From: a virus
Lineage: Duplodnaviria; Caudoviricetes
Virus record (IMG/VR): IMGVR_UViG_3300034095_000299
Coordinates: 1 to 37,761 of that record
Length of the DNA: 37,761 bases
Direction: 5' to 3' (one strand)
The notes under the pieces: generated by a model
The model's input: only the letters and a program-made list of their open reading frames with translations
What the model was told of the DNA's origin: nothing
Databases searched by the model: none
Translations under genes and position numbers: made by a program
Shown: positions 25,938-33,260 of the stretch, in pieces
Layout: each line of letters starts with the position of its first letter
Numbering within the stretch: the first letter of the stretch is position 1

Positions 25938-26737
25938 TAGAAAGGAACCTCCTCTTTCACCGACTTCTTGGAATTGCCAAGGACGCGCATGATTTGAAGC
26001 GTGTCACCAATGCGCTCGACATCAAGGGTGATTGACTCGTTGACAGTCTCACCAAGCAGGGTCGCGTACTCCTGCACACTTGTCGCAATCCACACGATGC
26101 CGTGTTCGCCTTCAGCCTGAATGGCGTACGGCTTGCCTGGTCGCGCCACTACGCGCAAGATCTTAAACACCCCGGCGTACTCTTCAGGGTACGCATCGGC
26201 AACGATCCGATCCTTGACAGGCTCTGCCTTCGCAGGTGCTGCCTTTGCAGGGGGCGCAGATGCCTTCGGCGCAACGACAGGCGCACCCTTGGCTTCCGTT
26301 GGCTTGAACGTCTTGCGAGGCTCAGGGCGGTCATTACGGTCACCGCTGCTGCCGGCGTTGCCGTCATCGTCTTCCTCGCCGACGATTCCGGTGATGGCTG
26401 CAAGTGAGTATCGGCGCAGGTAGGTAATGCTCGATCCCAACTGCTGCACCGTTGCACGGTCAGGAAGTGCAGACCAAATCGTTTCGGCCATCCATTCCCC
26501 GCTTGAGTGCAGCAAGGTAGTGGTCACGCCAACCGAGCCGCCATCGTTGCTAACGGTCTGAACTGCGCTGATCCCGTGCGCTGCAAGTGGTGCGCGTACC
26601 GCGTTAATAATCGCACCAAGCGTTGCGTACTTTGACTTAAAGTGCGGGTTGACCGCGTCCAAGTTGGGGTTCTTGATGCTGCCGTTTGCCGCCGCCAGTG
26701 CCTTCGCCAACTCTCCGATTGTTTCGCTACGTTGCAT
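25937..26737 (-). CDS. erf: ERF-family single-strand annealing recombinase
   Basis: 266 aa; NPHFKSKYATL, LLHSSGEW, GSSITYLRRYSLAAITGI.GEEDDDGN. Confidence 0.9.
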   Translation of the reverse strand: MQRSETIGELAKALAAANGSIKNPNLDAVNPHFKSKYATLGAIINAVRAPLAAHGISAVQTVSNDGGSVGVTTTLLHSSGEWMAETIWSALPDRATVQQLGSSITYLRRYSLAAITGIVGEEDDDGNAGSSGDRNDRPEPRKTFKPTEAKGAPVVAPKASAPPAKAAPAKAEPVKDRIVADAYPEEYAGVFKILRVVARPGKPYAIQAEGEHGIVWIATSVQEYATLLGETVNESITLDVERIGDTLQIMRVLGNSKKSVKEEVPF

Positions 26738-26804
26738 GTAAAGTCCTCTCTAGTGACTGCGCGGAACGCCGCGCACGACTGACACAACATGTGTCAATGT
26801 GATG

Positions 26805-26832
26805 ACTATACGTCCTAGCATCCTAATGTCAA
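26805..26832 (-). promoter_or_regulatory. Sigma70-type promoter for erf-gp157
   Basis: Minus strand TTGACA (26832-26827), 16-nt spacer, TATAGT (26810-26805). Confidence 0.65.
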
Positions 26833-27254
26833 TGGGTAATGTAAATGGAAATGCGAGATTCAGCAGTATTCCCGTATGCCTTTGTGGCAACAAGACTTAC
26901 GACCTGCGAGTCATCGGCGTAGATAACGCCCGTAAGACCATCAAGAACTGCTCTGCACAATTTGTCGATGTCTCCGTTTCCCTTGCCTGGGTGGGTCGCC
27001 GCGCCGGCGCGGAGTACGCCCTTTGCGTTGTAGTGGCTTGCCGGCCTCACGAACGTGAACGAGATTGATACGCCAACCGTCCCGTTTGTTGGCACATCAA
27101 CCCACGCCGCTCGCGCTGCAAGGGCTACGTTCGCTCTGTAGGGCTTCACGCGAGCGCAAGACTCTACGAGGGCAATGCGACCGCCTCGCGTTTTAAACGC
27201 CTTCTTGCTGCCCTGCGGAGCGGCGATGCCGGGTACGCGGAACTCAATCATCAT
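26829..27254 (-). CDS. rusA: RusA-family Holliday junction resolvase
   Basis: PQGSKK...GDIDKLCRAVLDGLTGVIYADDSQVV; start ATG 27254 or 27251. Confidence 0.9.
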   Translation of the reverse strand: MMIEFRVPGIAAPQGSKKAFKTRGGRIALVESCARVKPYRANVALAARAAWVDVPTNGTVGVSISFTFVRPASHYNAKGVLRAGAATHPGKGNGDIDKLCRAVLDGLTGVIYADDSQVVSLVATKAYGNTAESRISIYITH

Positions 27255-27399
27255 CGGTTCCACGCGCCTTGTATCGGTTGGCTATTTCGCGAGCAAGTTC
27301 AAGCCGCAAGTATTTGATTTCTTCAGACGCTTCAAGCAGCAGCGGATCGGTTGACTCGGAGGTTGCAATGCGGTCAACAATGTCTTCTAGTTCAATCAT
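27244..27399 (-). CDS. 51-aa hypothetical protein
   Basis: MIELEDIVDRIATSESTDPLLLEASEEIKYLRLELAREIANRYKARGTDDD*; ATGA-coupled to the upstream gene; DIVDR...EAxxEIxxLR is a common small-phage-protein pattern; not in the ORF track. Confidence 0.7.
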   Translation of the reverse strand: MIELEDIVDRIATSESTDPLLLEASEEIKYLRLELAREIANRYKARGTDDD

Positions 27400-27599
27400 C
27401 CCGTGCCTTTGTAGTAAACATTGTCAAGTTTTTCAACAAATTTACTTCTGATCGTTTCCCTTAAACAGTCGCTTTCCGCTTGCGCTTTCGCAAGTTTCGC
27501 TTCAAGCAATTTGATTTGTAGTTCAAGTAATAAAACGTCCCTGCCGGGGGAACGCCCCCCAGCAGGAACGCCGCAAAAACCATCGTCAGGAGTTGGCAT
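27396..27599 (-). CDS. Hypothetical coiled-coil protein
   Basis: Start revised to ATG 27599 (MPTPDDGF...LLELQIKLLEAKLAKAQAE) so that it tiles with its neighbours. Confidence 0.6.
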   Translation of the reverse strand: MPTPDDGFCGVPAGGRSPGRDVLLLELQIKLLEAKLAKAQAESDCLRETIRSKFVEKLDNVYYKGTG

Positions 27600-27750
27600 T
27601 GGCAACCTTGGCTTTGTGCCGGCTACCACGCAAAATGCGCGACACGCTGCCAGCACTGATGCCGTACTTCACGGCAATATCGCACTGGCGCATCCCGGCT
27701 TCCTTGTCAACACGCACACCCTCAACAATAAATGGACTCAATTTTTTCAT
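27586..27750 (-). CDS. 54-aa helix-turn-helix protein
   Basis: MKKLSPFIVEGVRVDKEAGMRQCDIAVKYGISAGSVSRILRGSRHKAKVANANS*; clear HTH pattern; ATGA-coupled; not in the ORF track. Confidence 0.75.
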   Translation of the reverse strand: MKKLSPFIVEGVRVDKEAGMRQCDIAVKYGISAGSVSRILRGSRHKAKVANANS

Positions 27751-27962
27751 GGCACTTTCCTGTTAATTGTTTGAAGCAATGACTTGATCTCTTCCGCTGC
27801 CTTCGCCCTGTCAAATTCTACCCCGCTGTCAATAACCCCGCCAATGACACCAAGCATCTTGCTTTGGTGTTGAATGTTCCTGATCTGTGCGCGTAGTTGC
27901 GTCACGATTAGGCCGCGTTCGTTGAGGAGCGATTCGTAATAGCCTGGTGTTGGTGTACTCAT
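27747..27962 (-). CDS. Hypothetical protein
   Basis: 71 aa, ATGA overlaps at both ends. Confidence 0.65.
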   Translation of the reverse strand: MSTPTPGYYESLLNERGLIVTQLRAQIRNIQHQSKMLGVIGGVIDSGVEFDRAKAAEEIKSLLQTINRKVP

Positions 27963-28162
27963 GCCGTCCCGTCCTTATGTCTTACGATTTTGTATTTTTT
28001 TTCAGCCCGAATAGAGACTCTGATGCGGTCGTTGATTTCAGAATTCTGTACCTGCGCGAATATCTGTGCGATTTGGCCTCCGTCTTCGTCGTAGATAATG
28101 GCTGAGTCGCCGTATTTGCGAAAAGTTACGGTCAAGCAGCCAAGGGGTAATTTAGGAGACAT
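27959..28162 (-). CDS. Divergent CsrA/RsmA-like RNA-binding protein
   Basis: Start revised to ATG 28162 (67 aa): LTVTFRKYGDSAIIYD...DRIRVSIRAEKKYKIVR parallels CsrA LILTRRVGETLMIGD...QVRIGVNAPKEVSVHR. Confidence 0.5.
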   Translation of the reverse strand: MSPKLPLGCLTVTFRKYGDSAIIYDEDGGQIAQIFAQVQNSEINDRIRVSIRAEKKYKIVRHKDGTA

Positions 28163-28541
28163 ATTTGATCTTGGTTGAAGGTTCGCATTTGGTGATAAAG
28201 TTGACACACTTATTAAGCAAATCGTCGCGCACCGACTCAATGGTGTCATCCGGGTCGCGGACGCACAGGCTTGTGAACCGCGTCCCCTCAATCCTTGTAG
28301 GCGTTGAACTGACGAGGTACACGGATGACCGCCAGTACTGAAATACAGGATTCCCATCACCCTCGTCAACGCGGTGCAGCATGGGGTCGCCAGCAACAAT
28401 AATCATTGCCGGCAAACCAACATGCTTTGCCAGCCCCTCTCTAATGCCGCGCTCGTTGAGAAACGCAGGAATGCCTGTTGCGTGTTCCCAAGAAACGTCT
28501 TCCATCACAGGCCGCGCCCATCGGTTGTCATCGTCTTTCAT
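28152..28541 (-). CDS. Hypothetical protein
   Basis: 129 aa, ATGA-coupled to the upstream gene; no motif recognised. Confidence 0.65.
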   Translation of the reverse strand: MKDDDNRWARPVMEDVSWEHATGIPAFLNERGIREGLAKHVGLPAMIIVAGDPMLHRVDEGDGNPVFQYWRSSVYLVSSTPTRIEGTRFTSLCVRDPDDTIESVRDDLLNKCVNFITKCEPSTKIKYVS

Positions 28542-28858
28542 TGTTGCTTTGCACTTTCTGCTTTAAGAATTGCTATTTCATCCTTGAAACAATCCCAGCC
28601 GCGACCGTTTGCATGTTCGTGATATTTGTGTCGCGGTGCGCTTGCAATGCCCGTTGTTACCAACGCAATAATATTTTCAAACGATATGCAAGACAAACAC
28701 CTTGCTTCGTCGCGTTCCCTGCGAATCAAAGTCGCCTGGTTTAGCCAAAACGTAAACAATTGCTTGTAATCGTCGCCCCTTGCGGAAAGCCTGTCTACCT
28801 CTGCCGTTAAAGTGTCAATCTCTTTGCACAATGTTGCTAAGTCTCTTAAGTCGCTCAT
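28538..28858 (-). CDS. Hypothetical protein
   Basis: Start revised to ATG 28858 (ATGA overlap); ERDEAR...RGWDCFK. Confidence 0.6.
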   Translation of the reverse strand: MSDLRDLATLCKEIDTLTAEVDRLSARGDDYKQLFTFWLNQATLIRRERDEARCLSCISFENIIALVTTGIASAPRHKYHEHANGRGWDCFKDEIAILKAESAKQQ

Positions 28859-29184
28859 GCCGTCCTCCCAAACAAAGTTGTTGGTATCGGTAATGTCCAC
28901 ACACGCGCTGCTCGGCCTGACCGTGTTGGTCGCTTGCCGTCAGCAACAATCAGTCCATCGTTCATCAGGCTGTTGACACACGCGCTGCAAGTTTGATGTG
29001 TCAAAGACAATCGCACCTCAAGTTCGTCGCAAGTGCCTGGTTGTTGAGTAATCGCGTCAAGCACTAACGCGTTTAGCGTCCCAAGGCGCGGTTGAATGTC
29101 TGACCACGCTGCGTCTTGTGTATCCCACCGCGTTGTTTGCCGGCGCGTACTGCGCGGTTCGTTGCCGTCAAGTGATCGTTTCAT
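28855..29184 (-). CDS. Winged-helix DNA-binding protein
   Basis: Start revised to ATG 29184; VLDAI...GTCDELEVRLSLTHQTCSACVNSL..DGLIV..GKRPTRSGRAARVW. Confidence 0.75.
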   Translation of the reverse strand: MKRSLDGNEPRSTRRQTTRWDTQDAAWSDIQPRLGTLNALVLDAITQQPGTCDELEVRLSLTHQTCSACVNSLMNDGLIVADGKRPTRSGRAARVWTLPIPTTLFGRTA

Positions 29185-30293
29185 GCGATTTCCTTTGCCT
29201 TTACAGCGGCAATATGATTTCCAAGGTATTCGTGTGAATAACAAAGGCGATGAGCATGTTTCATCATGTAGCGTTGCTCATATGCGCTTTTGCTAATGTT
29301 GTAATCTTCGCGTGTGCGTTGATTTTTGCTTGTCGGTTTCCACAAAGAAGACCGATTTCTGTACTCGCCCATGCGCGGATGTGCAGTTTTGGAGAAATAC
29401 CGACAACCTTGACGGACAAATAATTCAGCCGCAGCGTCAGAAATTCGTACCCCTAATCCTAAGCCTTGGTAATCAGGAAGCACCACAGTTCTATGTCCAC
29501 GCCAAGCGTTTTTTAGGTTTCCATTTGGGAACGGGAGAACAGCAGAGAATCCGACAGGGGTTCCGTTCCAACAGACGATCCAACACCGTGCGCATTTATT
29601 GATGTTTCCGTCGAGATAGTGATGGTTGCGGAACATTGCCCATGCTTCGGTGGAACAAGGAAGCATTTCCAAAATAATGTTTGGTCGCCTTTCATACCCC
29701 CTTGCGATGAACTTTTCGCTGCTTGTGTCAAATACCCAATCAGGACGAAGCCATTCAATTATGTCGTAATGGCATGAAGCAAACACCAATTTCTTAATGT
29801 TTTTTTGATCAACATAACGTCGAATAGAATTTGCACATGATTTAGCAACATTTCTGTCTACTACGGAAGTAAATTCATCAATTACAGCACCATCTTGCAA
29901 TCGTCTAGCCAAGTCTGCACGAAACTTTTCTCCCGTTGATAGAACATGGTATGGACGCATCCATGCAGGAATAGAATTAAAGCCAACGGCAGACAATCGT
30001 TCACTGGCATCTATGTCATTGTCAAAATGAGAACAAATAGCAAGTTGCGAATTCCATGTAATGGCTGTTTCGTTGCCAAATTGCTTTAGAATAGTTGATT
30101 TGCCTGTTCCTGATGCTCCAACAATTAGTCCAATTCCATATTCTAATGGAAGCATTGGAAGGCGCGGCGGAATAAATTTACTAGTTCCATCAAACGCATA
30201 ATCAAATGCGGCTGATAGTTTTTTTACCGTGTCGTCTATTTGCACAGAAACGGTGGCCGCTTCAATGTTTGAACATTCAAATAAATAGTTCAT
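29181..30293 (-). CDS. ABC-type ATPase fused to a GNAT (Mom-like) acyltransferase
   Basis: 370 aa; Walker A GASGTGKS, signature LSTGEKFRA, Walker B AVIDEF, H-loop ASCH; C-terminal FRNHHYL...RTVVLPDYQGLGLG acyl-CoA-binding motif; no transmembrane partner gene. Confidence 0.8.
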   Translation of the reverse strand: MNYLFECSNIEAATVSVQIDDTVKKLSAAFDYAFDGTSKFIPPRLPMLPLEYGIGLIVGASGTGKSTILKQFGNETAITWNSQLAICSHFDNDIDASERLSAVGFNSIPAWMRPYHVLSTGEKFRADLARRLQDGAVIDEFTSVVDRNVAKSCANSIRRYVDQKNIKKLVFASCHYDIIEWLRPDWVFDTSSEKFIARGYERRPNIILEMLPCSTEAWAMFRNHHYLDGNINKCARCWIVCWNGTPVGFSAVLPFPNGNLKNAWRGHRTVVLPDYQGLGLGVRISDAAAELFVRQGCRYFSKTAHPRMGEYRNRSSLWKPTSKNQRTREDYNISKSAYEQRYMMKHAHRLCYSHEYLGNHIAAVKAKEIA

Positions 30294-30607
30294 GCGTCCT
30301 CCGGTGGTCGATCAGCAATGTACTTGCGTACCTGCTCCGCGTCTTCAAGCAAAGCGCGTACTTCGGCCATTGGGAAGTCTGACGGAACTAGGTCTTGGTC
30401 AGTCAGTTCAACGTCATCAAGCGCAATCTCAAGGATGTTCCAAGAGATCAGTTCCAAGCCTTGCACCCCGGTGTAGTGTCCGGGCTTGTGATATTGCCAA
30501 TGCACCTCAAGCGTTGCGGTCACAACGTGTTCGCTTAAGTACTCGGCAGCCTGATCATCGGTAACCCACTCCGACAGAACGTCAATTTGCATAATTTGCT
30601 TGGTCAC
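30290..30607 (-). CDS. Acidic hypothetical protein
   Basis: Start revised to GTG 30607 (SD GGAGG, GTGA overlap with the upstream stop). Confidence 0.65.
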   Translation of the reverse strand: MTKQIMQIDVLSEWVTDDQAAEYLSEHVVTATLEVHWQYHKPGHYTGVQGLELISWNILEIALDDVELTDQDLVPSDFPMAEVRALLEDAEQVRKYIADRPPEDA

Positions 30608-30858
30608 AGAGTCACCTCCGTGTCGCGGTGAGCGCAAAGAAACGCAGCCTCGGCGGCGTAGATTTCGTCAATGCAAGCGTCAAATGCAAACTCGTTGTCA
30701 ACGTCAACGCAAGCGCGTTCGTTGTGTGCGCGAATGACGCGCTGGCTTACGCTGTCGTTAATTTCCCTAGCGGCCGCGACAAGAACGTCACAGTAGATGC
30801 GAGCGAGGTGCGGGTTGGTTTGTGCGTCAGTAACAGTAACTTTAAACTTGGTAGTCAC
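30604..30858 (-). CDS. Hypothetical protein behind leader repeat 1
   Basis: Start revised to GTG 30858, just downstream of SD GAGAGGA. Confidence 0.65.
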   Translation of the reverse strand: MTTKFKVTVTDAQTNPHLARIYCDVLVAAAREINDSVSQRVIRAHNERACVDVDNEFAFDACIDEIYAAEAAFLCAHRDTEVTL

Positions 30859-30860
30859 GA

Positions 30861-30945
30861 TCAGTCCTCTCAAACTGGGTGCGTTGCAACAGTATCGGCT
30901 GTCGCAGCCCGCCCCCTTTAAAGAAGGGGACAGGTGCGCGGTCGA
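30861..30945 (-). repeat. Structured intergenic leader repeat, copy 1
   Basis: 44 of the first 46 nt identical to the copy at 31239; shared GGTGCGCGGTC at the other end; variable hairpin between. Confidence 0.9.
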
Positions 30946-31236
30946 TTAATCGCTGTCTTTGGAGATGTCAATAGTCACCATCTTGCCACTTAGAACCAAG
31001 ACATCATCGTCTTTAGGTTTGTTGGTGTATTTCTTCACTTCGCCCGTGCGGTCAACCGCAAACACTATTCCATCCTCCGTAAGACTTGAAGGTACAAAAT
31101 GTTGAACAAGGGTGTAAGCCTCGGAGTCGAGCGCAGAATTTTGCAATTCAAATGCAAGCGTCTTTGCCTCTTCAAATGTCTTGGCGGTTGTCTGTCGCCA
31201 AATTCCACGGCTGCGGTGTGTCGTTACGGTAAACAT
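30946..31236 (-). CDS. Hypothetical protein bracketed by the two leader repeats
   Basis: Start revised to ATG 31236 after SD GAGAGGA; exactly fills the gap between the repeats. Confidence 0.7.
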   Translation of the reverse strand: MFTVTTHRSRGIWRQTTAKTFEEAKTLAFELQNSALDSEAYTLVQHFVPSSLTEDGIVFAVDRTGEVKKYTNKPKDDDVLVLSGKMVTIDISKDSD

Positions 31237-31238
31237 GG

Positions 31239-31319
31239 TCAGTCCTCTCAAACTGGGTGCGTTGCGGCAGTATCGGCTGTCGCATCCTTCCCCCTCGCGG
31301 GGGTTGGTGCGCGGTCAAT
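31239..31319 (-). repeat. Structured intergenic leader repeat, copy 2
   Basis: See copy 1; includes a CCCCC-GCGA-GGGGG GNRA hairpin on the minus strand. Confidence 0.9.
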
Positions 31320-31321
31320 GT

Positions 31322-31600
31322 TTATTTAGTCTCGCCTAGTGCAATAAACGCTGCAATGTCTGTCTCGGTTGTAAAGCGTTGACCACCAACCCAAATGTGC
31401 TTTATCTGTTGCGTGTGCATCCATCGGTGAATAGTTGCACGGGATATGGTCAATCCGTACTTTGTCTTAAATAGTTCTCTTACATCACTTATCTTGAGCG
31501 CAGGTTCCTTTGCCTGTTCGTTTGCTAATCGTTGAATTTCTCGCGCTCCGACGCGTTGTCCTTCTTTTTGCGCCCATCTTTGAGGTCGTGTGTTTGACAT
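31322..31600 (-). CDS. Excisionase/MerR-type HTH protein (DUF1580-like)
   Basis: Start revised to ATG 31600; ISRATIHRWM...WVGGQRFTTETDIAAFI. Confidence 0.7.
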   Translation of the reverse strand: MSNTRPQRWAQKEGQRVGAREIQRLANEQAKEPALKISDVRELFKTKYGLTISRATIHRWMHTQQIKHIWVGGQRFTTETDIAAFIALGETK

Positions 31601-31653
31601 GCCATGCACCTTTCTTGTTTGCGTTATCAGCGGCACGCGCCTTTGACTTCAGT

Positions 31654-31682
31654 ACTCTACGACAAGGTATATCGGTACGCAA
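31654..31682 (-). promoter_or_regulatory. Leftward early promoter
   Basis: Minus strand TTGCGT (31682-31677), 17-nt spacer, TAGAGT (31659-31654), upstream of the first leftward gene. Confidence 0.55.
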
Positions 31683-31784
31683 GGGGTAGTACATGAGTTT
31701 GTTGACAGATTTCTGCATAATTGCAGTTTCCTAACTACAAACACGCATAAAATAAATTGACAGACGCGTCATGTATAGTGTCGG

Positions 31785-32620
31785 CGCGGAGATGTGGGTG
31801 AGACTCCCATTTGCGACGAGGCACAAGGCCGCAAGGTACGCCCCTCGTTTCCCAGGCAATGGGGTAATTAACCTACCGACAAGACAGGGCGCGGCAACGC
31901 GCTGCTGTCTGCATAAACCTATGAATAATTTAAACCTTTATGCAGATCGACATAGTTGAATGACTGTGTCGATGCGGTCAACATTCCAATTTGACCTGCA
32001 TTTCCTGCTCCGGAAACAAACGCGGCTCGGGACTTTCGTCAACCGAGCCGCGCATCCGGGGGACTTGAGTGTACCAAAGATACGGCGTAGATCGAAACCT
32101 ACGCCGCTCCATGGTAACGGGTTTGTGGTACTGTGCGTTCTTGTCTAGGGGATCACAAGTAACAACCGACACACAGTACGCATTTATTTCCAAACTCTTT
32201 GACCTGGTCGATACGCGCCGATGACGGCATATGCCAACAGGCGATTGACACTTGGTTGAAGGGATGCGGAGACACGGACGGCGGAACGTCCGGCGAAATC
32301 ATGGGTAAGGCAAGCAACCGTCATGTGGGTTCACCGAATAGTTTCGGATCCCGTAGTGCTTCCAGCGTGGCAACTGCGCTTTGTGCAGACGGAATGAATA
32401 GGACGGTAGTAAGACCTTTGTGATCGGTGAGATACCCGGCGAAGGCCGACTGTGTTTGACAGTCGTAGGTGCAGGTGCGCAACCTAGGCGAATTTGTCCT
32501 CGCTAAAATTGGGGCAGCACCCTCTTCTGTTGATGCGCGGCTCCGGCCATGCAACGACGCAGTAGCCCCGCCGAGGGGTTACTGCATCCACGCTCTCCGG
32601 TCATGCAACGAGGGATGTGC
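31785..32620 (+). ncRNA. Candidate large structured non-coding RNA (or structured single-stranded DNA element)
   Basis: At least 15 nearly contiguous inverted repeats, GCAA tetraloops and G-U pairs on the plus strand, no credible ORF; TATAGT at 31774-31779. Boundaries approximate. Confidence 0.6.
32541..32611 (+). repeat. 17-nt direct repeat flanking an 11-bp hairpin
   Basis: CTCCGGCCATGCAACGA (32541-32557) and CTCCGGTCATGCAACGA (32595-32611), 16/17 identical, either side of GCAGTAGCCCC-gccga-GGGGTTACTGC. Confidence 0.85.
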
Positions 32621-32774
32621 AAAGCCAAGCAGTACGTCGACAAATCGTCAGCATCGAAGTGCTTGAAAAAACGAAATTTCAAAAACAAACCTACTCAATT
32701 GAATTCAAAGACCCGGCCTAATACCATCGAATTCGATGGGTTTAACTATGCACGTTTGATAGACATGCATAGAT

Positions 32775-32803
32775 TTGCGCGTAACTTGAAACATGTATAT
32801 ACT
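32775..32803 (+). promoter_or_regulatory. Rightward promoter, probably giving a leaderless mRNA
   Basis: TTGCGC-N17-TATACT, then 7 nt, then ATG 32811; no SD. Confidence 0.6.
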
Positions 32804-32810
32804 CTCGCGT

Positions 32811-33260
32811 ATGACAACAATCACATGGATGGACAACCGAAAGTTGATGGAAGAGATGTGGCCGAAGTGGAAACTTGAGCCTGTGCTGTCAAGTTTATTG
32901 AACGAGAAGTGGGGGTCTTTGCATCAGGACAAGTTGCAAGCATGCATTCGCCAGCACCGACTTGTTCGTGACTTTAAGCCTGAGATTGCAGCGATACACA
33001 AAGCGTATTGCGCTCTCATCCCTCAGAACCTAGTAGGTGAACGCGAGGTTGAACAGACTCGCAACGACCTACAGCGTTGCACCCCGATCAGCACTGAAGA
33101 GTTTGCTGAGTGGGATGTGTGGGCTGAAGCAATGCTCAAAAACGTGTCCGACGCGGAACTTGAACAAGTGCGCGAGTTCATTGGTCATGTACCGGAGTCA
33201 CGCCGAATCCTTGCCGTTGCTGTTGAGCATGTCCGCAAGCCATCCGTGAGGTACGCATGA
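32811..33260 (+). CDS. Putative replicative helicase loader/inhibitor (G39P-like)
   Basis: Start revised to 32811; W..L..DKLQACIRQH...DFKPEIAAI resembles the (F/P)xPxIAEI motif of phage helicase loaders. Weak, by eye. Confidence 0.45.
   Translation: MTTITWMDNRKLMEEMWPKWKLEPVLSSLLNEKWGSLHQDKLQACIRQHRLVRDFKPEIAAIHKAYCALIPQNLVGEREVEQTRNDLQRCTPISTEEFAEWDVWAEAMLKNVSDAELEQVREFIGHVPESRRILAVAVEHVRKPSVRYA

Noticed and set aside
27539-27566. GC-rich inverted repeat inside a small ORF
   Set aside because: Within coding sequence, no U-tract on either strand, single occurrence.
29181-30293. ABC transporter
   Set aside because: No permease or substrate-binding gene; the ATPase is fused to a GNAT domain.
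30861-31319. CRISPR-like array
   Set aside because: Only two units, about 80 nt long, separated by a full ORF; no cas genes.
31322-31600. Integration/excision module
   Set aside because: The excisionase-like HTH has no integrase partner and no att-like site was visible in the window.
31757-31779. Canonical sigma70 promoter TTGACA...TATAGT for the structured element
   Set aside because: The spacer is 11 nt, too short; the -10 hexamer may still be used, so it is mentioned only as supporting context.
31786-31860. tRNA gene (GGGTGAGACTCCC resembles a T-arm)
   Set aside because: No cloverleaf, acceptor stem or anticodon arm could be built around it.
32472-32480. CAGGTGCGC in the structured element is complementary to leader repeat 1 mRNA (30931-30939)
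   Set aside because: A 9-nt match between regions of this size is plausible by chance; not claimed without covariation.
31771-32878. Short track ORFs across the structured region
   Set aside because: No SD or coupling, atypical composition, overlapping on both strands, no recognisable motifs.
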